DNA of 64,000 nt, from the IMG/VR virus record IMGVR_UViG_3300044842_000168, positions 1 to 64,000 of that record; one strand, written 5' to 3'. Below, in pieces: positions 34,517-43,452 of this stretch (positions are counted from its first letter, which is position 1; every line of letters begins with the position of its first letter). Below the pieces are notes generated by a model, which had not been told where the DNA came from, did not search any database, and saw nothing but the letters and a program-made list of their open reading frames with translations. Made by a program: the position numbers and the translations under genes. This DNA is from a virus. Lineage: Duplodnaviria; Caudoviricetes.

Positions 34517-35091
34517 CAACGGTCGGCCCTTCCCGAGGTGTTGCCGTCGTGGATGTTCCACACCCAGGTCCGCTCGGGCAGGTGGGAGAACTTGGCGCCG
34601 CCCCGGAGCAGCTGGACATAGAAGCCCCAGTCATCATACGGAGTGCCACCCCACGGTGCGAAGTGTGCATCGGCTGCCTTCGCGACGTCGTACCGAACCA
34701 GCGAGGTGACCGGGATGTAGCTCCGCGCCTCCAGCAGATCCGCGTCGAAGGGCACGCCGAACCGGTCCGGCGACGGGTCAGCGCCACCGTTCATCACCGG
34801 CCACGGGTACACGACGTCGGCGCCGGTCTCCTCGGCATGCGTCAGTAGCCGGTCCAGATGGCCGGGCATGAACGCGTCGTCATCGTCCAGGAAGGCCATC
34901 CAGGTCGTGGCGACGGCCCTGAGCGCCCGGTTGCGAACGGCGGCGGCGCCGTCGTGGTCCTTGTCGACCTCGATGATGATCCGTGTGGGCGGTTCGGTCT
35001 GGTGCATCACCGAGGCTACGGCGCGGCGTAGCATGGCCTGTCGCTTCGGGATAGTCGGGATGATGACGGTGACGTCACGCGCGAAGGGCAC
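34513..35091 (-). CDS. glycosyltransferase family 2 (GT-A)
   Basis: VTVIIPT, AAVRNRAL, FLDDDD, DDWGF motifs. Confidence 0.88.
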   Translation of the reverse strand: MPFARDVTVIIPTIPKRQAMLRRAVASVMHQTEPPTRIIIEVDKDHDGAAAVRNRALRAVATTWMAFLDDDDAFMPGHLDRLLTHAEETGADVVYPWPVMNGGADPSPDRFGVPFDADLLEARSYIPVTSLVRYDVAKAADAHFAPWGGTPYDDWGFYVQLLRGGAKFSHLPERTWVWNIHDGNTSGRADRW

Positions 35092-36004
35092 GGTGGACCC
35101 CTTCCTCCAGCTCGATGCGCGGGGTGTAGATCGTTCGGTACAGGGCGTCATCCCCCACGCGGTACGCGACTCCCTTGGGCTTCCCGTCCAACACCTTCAC
35201 CTCGGGGTCGGCTCCCCAGTACGCGTAGTATGCCATCCGGGCAAGCTCTGTCATGGAGACGCCCCGGCCGGTGCAGATGTTGACCGGGCCGTCAACCTCC
35301 ATCTCGGCCATCAGCAGCATGGAGTGAACGAAGTCGTCGATGTGGATGAAGTCGCGTGTGGCGTCACTCCACACCTCGATCGGGCCGGTGTTGGGCGGTG
35401 TGGACTTGACGCGCTCGATGATGGAGGGGAACGGGTAGTCCAGACTCTGGTCCTCTCCGTAACCAGAGAACGGCCGAACCACGGTCACCCGACCGCCGGC
35501 CGCGCGGTACTCCTCGGCGAGCCGCTCACCAACCATCTTCTCGAACCCATAGCTGATGTCCGGCCCGATGTGGGCGACGGGGTTGTACACCGGGGCGAAG
35601 TCCTCGTGCAGCCTCATCCCCCACTGCGCCTCTTGCATCGACGTCGGGTACACCGCCGAAGAGGAGATGTAGATGAGCCGCTCGGGCTGCGCCCTGGCCA
35701 CCCAACGGAACAGCGCACCGTCGATGGAGAGGTTGCGCGACAGCACCTCCAGCGGGCTGATCTCCATTGTCATCCGGCCACCTATGAACGCGGCGCAGTG
35801 CACAGCGAGGTCGTAGTGGACGGCGGTGAAGTAGCCGGAATCCACCAGGCTCCCTACGCCCCGGTAGTGCCGTTGCACACCAGGCAGGGGCCGCTGGCTA
35901 TGGCTCGGGAGATCGATGGCGTCCACGGCCCAGCCCTGCTTCGCGAGCGCTGCGGTGACGTGTCGCCCCACGAAGCCGGCCGCGCCGGTCACGAGTGCCT
36001 TCAC
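35075..36004 (-). CDS. NAD-dependent epimerase/dehydratase
   Basis: TGAAGFVG, ISSSAVY, YGFEK, VRPFSGYG, RDFIHIDD. Confidence 0.92.
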   Translation of the reverse strand: MKALVTGAAGFVGRHVTAALAKQGWAVDAIDLPSHSQRPLPGVQRHYRGVGSLVDSGYFTAVHYDLAVHCAAFIGGRMTMEISPLEVLSRNLSIDGALFRWVARAQPERLIYISSSAVYPTSMQEAQWGMRLHEDFAPVYNPVAHIGPDISYGFEKMVGERLAEEYRAAGGRVTVVRPFSGYGEDQSLDYPFPSIIERVKSTPPNTGPIEVWSDATRDFIHIDDFVHSMLLMAEMEVDGPVNICTGRGVSMTELARMAYYAYWGADPEVKVLDGKPKGVAYRVGDDALYRTIYTPRIELEEGVHRALRA

Positions 36005-36711
36005 GGCTGGCTCCCGTCCACCATTGTCTGGTCCTGCTTCAGCCGGCGAATCGCATCCTTGAGGCCGTCGCTGGAGCCGACCCAGCGGTGGTACTCCGCT
36101 CGGTCGTGCTCGTTGGTGTAGCGGCTGTTGGCGTCCTCATACGTCGTGTCCCACTCGGCGCGGCCGGCGTGCGGGTGTAGATGGGTTATCTTGATCTCCG
36201 GAAAGTAGCGCAGCGACTGCATCACTTCACCAAGCACCTTCCAGGCGTTGTCCACGTAGAGGTGATGCAGGCCGGGAGGCGCCATCCATCCGAGCGCCCG
36301 TACGATGTTGGCGTCCATGAAGACGGCGGTGGGGAGCGCTTCGTGCTGGTGCCCGTCGTCTCCGTAGGCGATCATCATCGGCTGCAGCGCATCGTTGAGC
36401 TTGGCGTCCCAGCCGCCCGTCTCGAACACGTGGTCATCCCCGACGAAGCCGAGTATGGTAACCACATCCTCGACGGCATAGGATGCGGCTTGGTTGAGCG
36501 TCTGTACCATGTTCCGACGCTTGCTGTCCACGTTGAGCAGGAACACCCCGGCCCCCGACACAGCATTGCTGTACCCGACCAGATCCGGGTCAGAGCTGTC
36601 CACAGCGATGATCAGCCGGGTGCTTCGGTGAACGCGGGTCAGGCGGAATGACTCGATGAGCCGGGCGACGTTCGCCGGCCGGCCGCGTGATGGACAGATG
36701 ACGGTGATCAT
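36001..36711 (-). CDS. GT-A fold glycosyltransferase
   Basis: VICPSRGRP, VDSSDP, FVGDDH, HLYVDN motifs. Confidence 0.8.
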   Translation of the reverse strand: MITVICPSRGRPANVARLIESFRLTRVHRSTRLIIAVDSSDPDLVGYSNAVSGAGVFLLNVDSKRRNMVQTLNQAASYAVEDVVTILGFVGDDHVFETGGWDAKLNDALQPMMIAYGDDGHQHEALPTAVFMDANIVRALGWMAPPGLHHLYVDNAWKVLGEVMQSLRYFPEIKITHLHPHAGRAEWDTTYEDANSRYTNEHDRAEYHRWVGSSDGLKDAIRRLKQDQTMVDGSQP

Positions 36712-37103
36712 TGTTCTCCTCCGGGCCAGACGACCCGATAGATGGTATGGCAGTAGACCTTCAACACGCGCCAGCATTCGGGGCATGGCTCGCGTGTGAC
36801 GTACAGAACGAACCGCGCTCCGCCGTACGCCTTGAATGCCTGCTGTATGCAGTTGATCTCGGCGTGTGTCGCGATGCAGTTGTGGTACGGCGTATATGGG
36901 TCTGGAGCTTCGGTGACGCGTGGACAGTGCCCGGCCAAGCACGACAGCAGCGAGCCTGGATCGGTGCCGTTGTAGCCAGTGGCGATCAATCGGTTGTCCC
37001 GCACCGCTACAGCGCCGACTCGTGACCGAGAGCAGTCGGCTCGGGCTGCGACAGCGGTAGCGATCCCCAGGAAGTACTCATCCCAGGAGGGCCGGCCAGT
37101 CAC
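36708..37103 (-). CDS. dCMP deaminase
   Basis: RPSWDEYF, VGAV, TGYNG, HAEINC, EPCPEC. Confidence 0.92.
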   Translation of the reverse strand: MTGRPSWDEYFLGIATAVAARADCSRSRVGAVAVRDNRLIATGYNGTDPGSLLSCLAGHCPRVTEAPDPYTPYHNCIATHAEINCIQQAFKAYGGARFVLYVTREPCPECWRVLKVYCHTIYRVVWPGGEQ

Positions 37104-37507
37104 GAAGCCTGGTCCTTTCGCTTGTAGAGACGGAAGGCGAACAGTGCGCCGCGCATCTCCCACTCGAACCTCAGCGCGTGTGCGCGGGCGTAGTTGGTGC
37201 CGGCGGTGCGATAGGCAGCGACGGATACCACGAAGTCCTTGCCCGGTATGCGTTCCTGCCAACCTGCATCCACGAAGTTCTCCCAGTGATACCGAGTTCG
37301 TCCGCCTATGGTGGTCTTGGGCGCGCCGGTGGTGATGAAGTCCTCAGAGCGGTACTCAGCCAGCACAGTAACCGCCGGCCGGCGATCTCCTGGGCAGGCG
37401 TTGGCGATATGAGAGGACAGGGAGGCGTGACAGCCTATCACCACGCGTAGGTCGGCGCCACAGTCGGGGCAGAACCGGGCTCGGTGACAACGCCCACAAG
37501 TACTCAC
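37100..37507 (-). CDS. hypothetical protein with N-terminal Zn ribbon
   Basis: CGRC..CPDC; GTGA coupling. Confidence 0.65.
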   Translation of the reverse strand: MSTCGRCHRARFCPDCGADLRVVIGCHASLSSHIANACPGDRRPAVTVLAEYRSEDFITTGAPKTTIGGRTRYHWENFVDAGWQERIPGKDFVVSVAAYRTAGTNYARAHALRFEWEMRGALFAFRLYKRKDQAS

Positions 37508-38532
37508 GCGACCTCCCTGGCCTTCAACCCGTACGCCTCACGCCACAGCTGGGCGTTGCCTTGGATGGTGTAGCTGGCAGCGAGTTCCTTTGCCCGCTGC
37601 CCCATCTCTTCGCGTAGGCCGGGGTCTGAGGCCAGGAGAGAGAGGTACTGCCCCCACTCGTGCGGCCGGCGCACGAGGAAGCCAGTCTGTCCGTGATCCA
37701 CGAACCGCTCGTACGGCGGCTCAGCACTCACGACCGCCGGGATACCCAGGGCCGCGTACTCCAACGCCTTGATGTGGCTCTTAGACCGGTTAAACACATG
37801 GCTCTTCAGCGGAGCCAACCCAATGTCGAAGTCGATTGACCGGTAATAGCTGTCGAAGTCGGGGGACCAGGGTGTGAAGCGCGTCCGGTCGGCCGGGAAC
37901 CGGAGGTGCTCGGTGAAGTCGGTGCCGATGCAGTGGAAGTCGGCCTCGGGGTGCCGCGCCAGCCAGCGACGGATCTGTGGCCCGGACTCGTCGAAGTCCA
38001 TCAGGTGCGTGAAGGAGCCACCCCAGCCAACCGTGAGCCGCTCGCGCTTCGGCCGCTCCAGCTGGAGGAGATCGCCCAGTACGACGTTCGGCAGCACGAC
38101 CACGTTGGGGTTGAACTGTCCGAACACCTCGGCGAGATGCGGTGTGGACACCGTGACGACATCGGCGACCTCGCAGTTGCGCCGGATGTTGGCGGCGATG
38201 ACCGGGTCACCATACATCTTCGCACCGGCCGGGTTGGAGCGGGGATCGATGGTGAATAGGTCGTCATCCACCTCATACACGAGGCGGTGGAACCCCTCGG
38301 CCGCGAGCCGCTGCCAGATACCGGACGGGTCAGGCTTGCACACGCGCTGCCCGATGATGGTGACGGGTCGCTCGCCGAGCCTGAACGCCTTCGGCTCACT
38401 CAGCTCTGGCGGTATCCGCTCCGCGAGCGCGACCCGGTAGCCAAGCTCGCGCAGACCCCACAACGGGATGCCCACGCGGTACTGTCCACAGCCGAACCAG
38501 TCGGCGATCCAACCGAAGACGTCCAGGTCCAC
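37504..38532 (-). CDS. glycosyltransferase, GT-B (family 4-like)
   Basis: YEVDDD, DIGLAPL..FN.SKS.IK.LEYAALGIP motif. Confidence 0.88.
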   Translation of the reverse strand: MDLDVFGWIADWFGCGQYRVGIPLWGLRELGYRVALAERIPPELSEPKAFRLGERPVTIIGQRVCKPDPSGIWQRLAAEGFHRLVYEVDDDLFTIDPRSNPAGAKMYGDPVIAANIRRNCEVADVVTVSTPHLAEVFGQFNPNVVVLPNVVLGDLLQLERPKRERLTVGWGGSFTHLMDFDESGPQIRRWLARHPEADFHCIGTDFTEHLRFPADRTRFTPWSPDFDSYYRSIDFDIGLAPLKSHVFNRSKSHIKALEYAALGIPAVVSAEPPYERFVDHGQTGFLVRRPHEWGQYLSLLASDPGLREEMGQRAKELAASYTIQGNAQLWREAYGLKAREVA

Positions 38533-38535
38533 TCG

Positions 38536-38733
38536 CTACCTCCCCGTAACAGCCGGAGCGCCGAAGCACCCTGGGCAGAACACCATGTTCATCGCGACAG
38601 CGACCTCATACCGTACCGGCGTCGGGAAGCTCGCCGTCCACGACCCACACCCGGTCCGGAAGGGGTCGCTAGCTGTGCTAGAATGGACGGTATGGCCCGG
38701 AACGGCGTGGGCGGTGTAGAGGAGCGGTCTCAT
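38536..38733 (-). CDS. small hypothetical protein
   Basis: 65 aa, ATGA coupling, GGAGG RBS, two Cys pairs. Confidence 0.55.
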   Translation of the reverse strand: MRPLLYTAHAVPGHTVHSSTASDPFRTGCGSWTASFPTPVRYEVAVAMNMVFCPGCFGAPAVTGR

Positions 38734-39059
38734 GCCTCCTCCGAGCTTCGCGAGGCCAGTACGGCTCGATAGCGTTCGCGCTCGGCTGCCTCGGCGAGAA
38801 GCTCGGCCGTCGCGACGCCGGACCACATGTTGGCCAGCCGCTCCGCCAGTTGCTCTTCCTCGATAGCGTTCCGGACCCGGACGCTGTTGAAGGCGCGCAT
38901 CTCGGCCTCGACCGGGGTGCAGGAATGGCCGCCCTGCTTCGGGCGGGCCATCTCCGCTGCCTTGATCTGATCCATCAAGCTGTAGAACTTGAGATATGCC
39001 TCGTGCGCCTTGTTGGCCTGTGCCCGCATTCGGCGCAGCGCGGTCTCTGCGCTAGACAC
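38730..39059 (-). CDS. hypothetical protein
   Basis: 109 aa, helical. Confidence 0.65.
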   Translation of the reverse strand: MSSAETALRRMRAQANKAHEAYLKFYSLMDQIKAAEMARPKQGGHSCTPVEAEMRAFNSVRVRNAIEEEQLAERLANMWSGVATAELLAEAAERERYRAVLASRSSEEA

Positions 39060-39276
39060 CGAGAGCCCTTTCCAGCCGGCCGTCCACGATCTCTCCGGCG
39101 GCGAGTTCTGTCTTGAGGAGTCGCATGGCGATCGCCAGACGGGCCGGGTCGCTGTCCTCGTACGCCTTCAGTGCGGCCTCGGCGTACGTCGTGAGGGTGG
39201 AGATTCGGTGATACGGACTTTTGCTGATTTGCTGGATCTCGAATTCCAGTGTGTCGTCGTTCACAACGACTACCAT
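39052..39276 (-). CDS. hypothetical protein
   Basis: 74 aa; GAGAAGGG RBS. Confidence 0.65.
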   Translation of the reverse strand: MVVVVNDDTLEFEIQQISKSPYHRISTLTTYAEAALKAYEDSDPARLAIAMRLLKTELAAGEIVDGRLERALGV

Positions 39277-39346
39277 TGCAATTCCCTTCTCACCAGGAAT
39301 GACGAGAGGAGCTTACTCGTGTAATAGCTGTTGGCGCTAGATACGA

Positions 39347-39372
39347 AAGGACCGCCCCGAAGGGCGGTCCTT
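39347..39372 (-). terminator. rho-independent terminator
   Basis: AAGGACCGCCC-cgaa-GGGCGGTCCTT. Confidence 0.7.
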
Positions 39373-39385
39373 GTAGTGGGATCTA

Positions 39386-40168
39386 TCAGGCGAAATAGCC
39401 GGCCTTACCGGCGCAGTCGCGACCCATGCCCCGGTCGATAGACTCCTGGTCAGTGAGGGTCCGGTGGCACCGGATGCACTCGCCGTAGAGCTGCCCGAAC
39501 TTGGCGGCCTCGGCTGCGCTGAGCCGGTCCTCCTCGGCGAGCCGGCGGAGCGCGCCCGACGCGTACTCCCACGACCGCGTGGCGGGGTTGAACCGGTTGG
39601 CGTAGAGCCGGCCGGAACCGTGCACGGCGCGCTTGACCTGGAAGAAGTCGTCGCCGAGCCGGAACACGCCGTCGCCCTTGACCGGGGTCCGGGTCGGCTG
39701 GAGGGACTGGAACTTCTGGAGCCGCTCGCCCTGGCGCTGCGCGACCTCGCGGAGCTTCGACCGGCCGGCCTTGGTGGCGGCGAAGACGGGATCGATGCGG
39801 TACGGCTTGTGGCTGGTGGAGCCGCAGTTGTTGCAGAAGCCGCCCGGCGCCAGCGCCCGCTCGTTGGCGAAGTCGCACCAGACCTCGCGTGCCTCGGCGA
39901 AGGCACGGTTGCGGTCGGCCGCCTCCTGGACTCGGATCGTCATGGCGTAGGCGTCGCGGTCGGTGGCCTGCTCGCGCTCGGCAATGAGGCTGTCGTACCG
40001 GGCGAAGCGATCGATGCTCGCGGCAGCGGCCTCGGTGGCCCGAGCGCGCTCGCTCGACCACAGCGGACGGCCGTAGGTGGCCGCCTCGCCGGCCGCCCGG
40101 CGGCGGTAGCACTCGCGCACGTCGGCAGCGGTCGGGTGGGGCGTGTGGTGGATCCCGCAGATTGGCAT
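39386..40168 (-). CDS. DUF6011-like Zn-finger protein
   Basis: C-terminal CIRCHRTLTD.ESIDRGMG.DC. Confidence 0.8.
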   Translation of the reverse strand: MPICGIHHTPHPTAADVRECYRRRAAGEAATYGRPLWSSERARATEAAAASIDRFARYDSLIAEREQATDRDAYAMTIRVQEAADRNRAFAEAREVWCDFANERALAPGGFCNNCGSTSHKPYRIDPVFAATKAGRSKLREVAQRQGERLQKFQSLQPTRTPVKGDGVFRLGDDFFQVKRAVHGSGRLYANRFNPATRSWEYASGALRRLAEEDRLSAAEAAKFGQLYGECIRCHRTLTDQESIDRGMGRDCAGKAGYFA

Positions 40169-40208
40169 GGCTTCCTCTTCACATCGGCTGGCTTCCTGCT
40201 GTGATGCC

Positions 40209-40239
40209 AGTCTACGCCAGTAGACGCCTTCGCGTCTAC
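40209..40239 (-). promoter_or_regulatory. TAGACG-type promoter/operator
   Basis: GTAGACG-ccttcg-CGTCTAC at 40220-40239; TAGACG-N18-TAGACT. Confidence 0.8.
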
Positions 40240-40259
40240 CCCCAGTTTACAGATATGCC

Positions 40260-40294
40260 GAGGGCCGGCTGCTACGGGGAGGCAGCCGGCCCTC
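40260..40294 (-). terminator. terminator after the lysis cassette
   Basis: 13-bp arms GAGGGCCGGCTGC / GCAGCCGGCCCTC. Confidence 0.7.
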
Positions 40295-40314
40295 GGGGCG
40301 GGGGAGGAGTGGAG

Positions 40315-40686
40315 CTAGGCGGCGTGGTTGGGCGGCGCGGCGTTGATGGCCGGGGCCGACCGGGGTGGGATGACGGCGACGCCACCCACGACGGCGACGG
40401 TCAGCAGGACGTTCAGCCACTCGGCGAGCGTGATGTGGCTGAGGCTCGCGCCGGCCGCGAGGTATGTCACGATCAACTGCAGCCCGGCGAGTACGCCGGC
40501 CAGGGCCGTCTTCGGCCACACCAGACCGGCCGGCAGCAGCCCGGCCAACCCGACCGCGAACGTCTGTGTGATGGCGATGCAGATCTGGAACCACTCCAGG
40601 GTGCTGATGCTGCCGTCTGAGAGCGCCGAGATGATCGACACCAGGATCACGCCCAGCAGGGGCGGCAGGAGCTTGAGATAGGTCAT
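40315..40686 (-). CDS. holin-like membrane protein
   Basis: multiple TM helices with internally repeated IS/T..EW motif; downstream of the endolysin. Confidence 0.7.
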   Translation of the reverse strand: MTYLKLLPPLLGVILVSIISALSDGSISTLEWFQICIAITQTFAVGLAGLLPAGLVWPKTALAGVLAGLQLIVTYLAAGASLSHITLAEWLNVLLTVAVVGGVAVIPPRSAPAINAAPPNHAA

Positions 40687-41090
40687 GACCAGGTCTTTCC
40701 TCTCCAGGCCCGCAGCCGAAGCTCGCGAGGCGGCTCGGGGGCGGTCAGCCCCTGGCCGGTGATGATACCCCGCAGACGCACTATGTAATCGACGGCCTTG
40801 TCCAGCATATTCTGCTGGTGCTCGATCTTCGCGTCTAGCTCGTTGTTCTTCTCTTCCAGGGCAGCAGCCCGGCGCTGGAGGCTTTCAATCTGCTGCCCCT
40901 GCGCGTTGGTGATTGCCACGAAGGCGGTCTGGTCCAACTCGCGCTGCTTTGACCAGTGATCCTCACGGGACGCCCGACGCGCCATCAACGCGGTGATGAT
41001 TGCTGCTGCTACAGTCGGGACACCGACCAAGACGGTGCCCCATGTGATTCCCCCTGACGCTGCAGCGTCAACCGCCAAGATCATGAGCAT
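40683..41090 (-). CDS. membrane-anchored coiled-coil lysis accessory protein
   Basis: one TM helix plus heptad coiled coil. Confidence 0.65.
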   Translation of the reverse strand: MLMILAVDAAASGGITWGTVLVGVPTVAAAIITALMARRASREDHWSKQRELDQTAFVAITNAQGQQIESLQRRAAALEEKNNELDAKIEHQQNMLDKAVDYIVRLRGIITGQGLTAPEPPRELRLRAWRGKTWS

Positions 41091-41499
41091 CTACGTTCCC
41101 GTTCTCCGAAGGTGGCTCTGGCCAACTCGCTACCAGCATGACGATGCACGCCACAAACAACCAGATCACCGAGGCCAGCGCGCCGCGCTCGTATGTCCCC
41201 ATCAGGAATGACACGAGTTCTGTCGACCCCCAGAAGAAGCATGGCGTGATGGCTCCGATAAACCCCAGGAAATCGTTCTTTCCCCGGAAAGCATAGATGA
41301 TGCTCAATATCCCACCTAAGACAAACGTCCACCCCCAAAAGGGAAGAGGCAGGACGTTTTGGATCACCAGACGTTGGCCGGAGCCGAAGGCGGGGGACGG
41401 CTCGAACACGATGCCCAGCCCGTTGATGGTCCACACCGCGCCGATCAGCAGCAGGAAGATTCCTCGCCGACCGACGCGGCGTAGCAGACGCCACAGCAT
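41068..41499 (-). CDS. multi-pass membrane protein (lysis cassette)
   Basis: about 4 hydrophobic helices. Confidence 0.7.
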   Translation of the reverse strand: MLWRLLRRVGRRGIFLLLIGAVWTINGLGIVFEPSPAFGSGQRLVIQNVLPLPFWGWTFVLGGILSIIYAFRGKNDFLGFIGAITPCFFWGSTELVSFLMGTYERGALASVIWLFVACIVMLVASWPEPPSENGNVDAHDLGG

Positions 41500-41500
41500 G

Positions 41501-42556
41501 TCACTCGGGAACGTAGCTGGGGTTGATGACGGTGCGCCCGGCGTTCACCGGCAGCGCCAGGTAGGAGTTGAACTCGTCCCAGGTGATCGTGTTGGGACCC
41601 TTCACGCCGCCGTTCCGGTAGGCCACCTCGTTGTCGATGTTGTTGGCCTTGGGTGCGATGTGCTTCAGCATCCCGTTGTCGAACAGCATGAAGTCACCCG
41701 GCCACGTCTGGCCGGCCGGAACCTTGTTGCGGTCAGGGCTGATGATGACCATGGTGGGAACCTCCGTGTCATTGACGGGTGTTGGGGTGGGCTTGTTGCT
41801 GAACATCGCGGCGACGGCGCCGGAGCCCCGAACCGCGTTCGCGTCCACGTTGTAGCCGGCGACCTTCGCTGTGTCGGTGAACTGCCAGCCCCAGACGGAC
41901 ATGCCGCCGTAGCCGGCCGGGAAGGAGTTGTCGCCCGGGTAGAGGGCCGAGGCGTACCCCGAGCCGCCGACGTAGCTGGACACCTGCAGCAGCAGACCGG
42001 CGTTGGCGAGGGCGGCCAGCGAAGGGCTGCCCATGTGATCCTGCCAGACCCAGTGCGGGAGGTAGGACAGGCCGACCTTGTAGCCCTTCGCCCGCATGGC
42101 GAGTGCGAACTGCAGGTGGTCGTTGACGGTGGGGATCGGCGCGCCCGAGCCGTCCGGCTCGTGGTCGATCATCACCATCACCGAGGTGTCCCCGATGGAG
42201 CGAGCCGCCGTCGCCACCTGATCCGCGATGGAGACGGACCGGGACGGGTACAGGAAGTGGTACGCCGCGAACGGCAGCCCGATGGACTGCGCCTGCCGCT
42301 TGAAGCCGGCGAACGCCGAGTCAGCCGACGACCGCATGGGTCCCTCGGCTCCCTTGTTCACGAGCGCGGCAGCGGCGTGCCGCACCTCCTCGTCATCGTG
42401 CATCCGCACGCTCAGGTGCCTGGCGAGGTTGTGCAGCCGGCTGACGCCGTAGCCGGTGGAGCTTCGGGCGATGACGCCAGCGAAGCCCTCAGTCTTGACA
42501 GCGGCCATGCTCAGGCCGGTCTGATAGAAGGCGATATCGATGAAGAACTCGGTCAC
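41501..42556 (-). CDS. endolysin, GH25-like muramidase
   Basis: FIDIAFYQ, AAYHFL, MIDHE (DxE), WGWQFT, VDAN motifs. Confidence 0.85.
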   Translation of the reverse strand: MTEFFIDIAFYQTGLSMAAVKTEGFAGVIARSSTGYGVSRLHNLARHLSVRMHDDEEVRHAAAALVNKGAEGPMRSSADSAFAGFKRQAQSIGLPFAAYHFLYPSRSVSIADQVATAARSIGDTSVMVMIDHEPDGSGAPIPTVNDHLQFALAMRAKGYKVGLSYLPHWVWQDHMGSPSLAALANAGLLLQVSSYVGGSGYASALYPGDNSFPAGYGGMSVWGWQFTDTAKVAGYNVDANAVRGSGAVAAMFSNKPTPTPVNDTEVPTMVIISPDRNKVPAGQTWPGDFMLFDNGMLKHIAPKANNIDNEVAYRNGGVKGPNTITWDEFNSYLALPVNAGRTVINPSYVPE

Positions 42557-42566
42557 GGCTCCCCTC

Positions 42567-43214
42567 TCATCCGTAGCGGAGCGGCCAGGCCTCCTCCCTC
42601 AACCGAGCATCCTTCTTCGCCCTCCGGAGGAACGTCAGACAGTGCCGCACCGCGTCTCTGCCGTGCTCCAAGCCTACGGTATCCCGATAGAGACCCCAGT
42701 CCTTCAGCCGGTCGTCCGTCACCGCACCCTTGGCGAGAGAGGGCGACTGGAGGAAGTACCGGCGCCCGTGGCGTAGCTTGGTGACGTTGCCATCGTCATC
42801 CATCTCGGCGGGTGTGTTCCCGGCTTGTCCACTCCACATCGCGTGATCGATCGCTGCGGTGATTCGCACCGGTGACAACACTTCTCGTGCCGCGTTCGAC
42901 GTCCGCAGTATGAAGTCCTCGATGCCGATAGCCGCATCTTCCCAAGCGGACACCAGCGCGAGTGCCTCGGTAACCTGGCTGTTCTCCGGGCCAGTCCACT
43001 GTCCGCAGGACCAGTGGTGGATGTTGTCCAGCACCTTGGCCTCTGGAGACTCTAGGGCGTCTGGGTGCACCGAGAACACTGCCCATCCTGTGGTGGACCC
43101 GGGATCGAACCACACCACGTTGGCGTATGGGGTGAAGTCGAAGTCGTCGGGGGAAGGTGCAGCGAGCCCGAAGTCAGCCGGCCGTACCGAGGGCAGCACG
43201 AAGGTTTCTGTCAC
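42567..43214 (-). CDS. ruvC: RuvC-like Holliday junction resolvase
   Basis: WFDPGSTTGWA, IGIEDF, HGRDAVRH acidic motifs. Confidence 0.7.
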   Translation of the reverse strand: MTETFVLPSVRPADFGLAAPSPDDFDFTPYANVVWFDPGSTTGWAVFSVHPDALESPEAKVLDNIHHWSCGQWTGPENSQVTEALALVSAWEDAAIGIEDFILRTSNAAREVLSPVRITAAIDHAMWSGQAGNTPAEMDDDGNVTKLRHGRRYFLQSPSLAKGAVTDDRLKDWGLYRDTVGLEHGRDAVRHCLTFLRRAKKDARLREEAWPLRYG

Positions 43215-43218
43215 GGCC

Positions 43219-43452
43219 TCACGCCCACACCACGAGCCGGGGCACGGTGCGGGCCGGGATGGCGGTGACGGGGCGGTAGACCTCGGCGAGCGAAGCCAGG
43301 CGTTTGCCGGCCGTCAGACGGTGCGAGCCGTGTTCGTAGTACCGTCCGAGGTATTCGACGAATGCGACCGCGAGCGGCCATCCTAGGGTGGCGCCGTGGG
43401 TCTTGTACGCGAGCCGCAGCACGGCGAGGATCATCCAGAAGGTGCTCATCAC
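43219..43452 (-). CDS. hypothetical protein
   Basis: 77 aa, GTGA coupling. Confidence 0.55.
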   Translation of the reverse strand: MMSTFWMILAVLRLAYKTHGATLGWPLAVAFVEYLGRYYEHGSHRLTAGKRLASLAEVYRPVTAIPARTVPRLVVWA

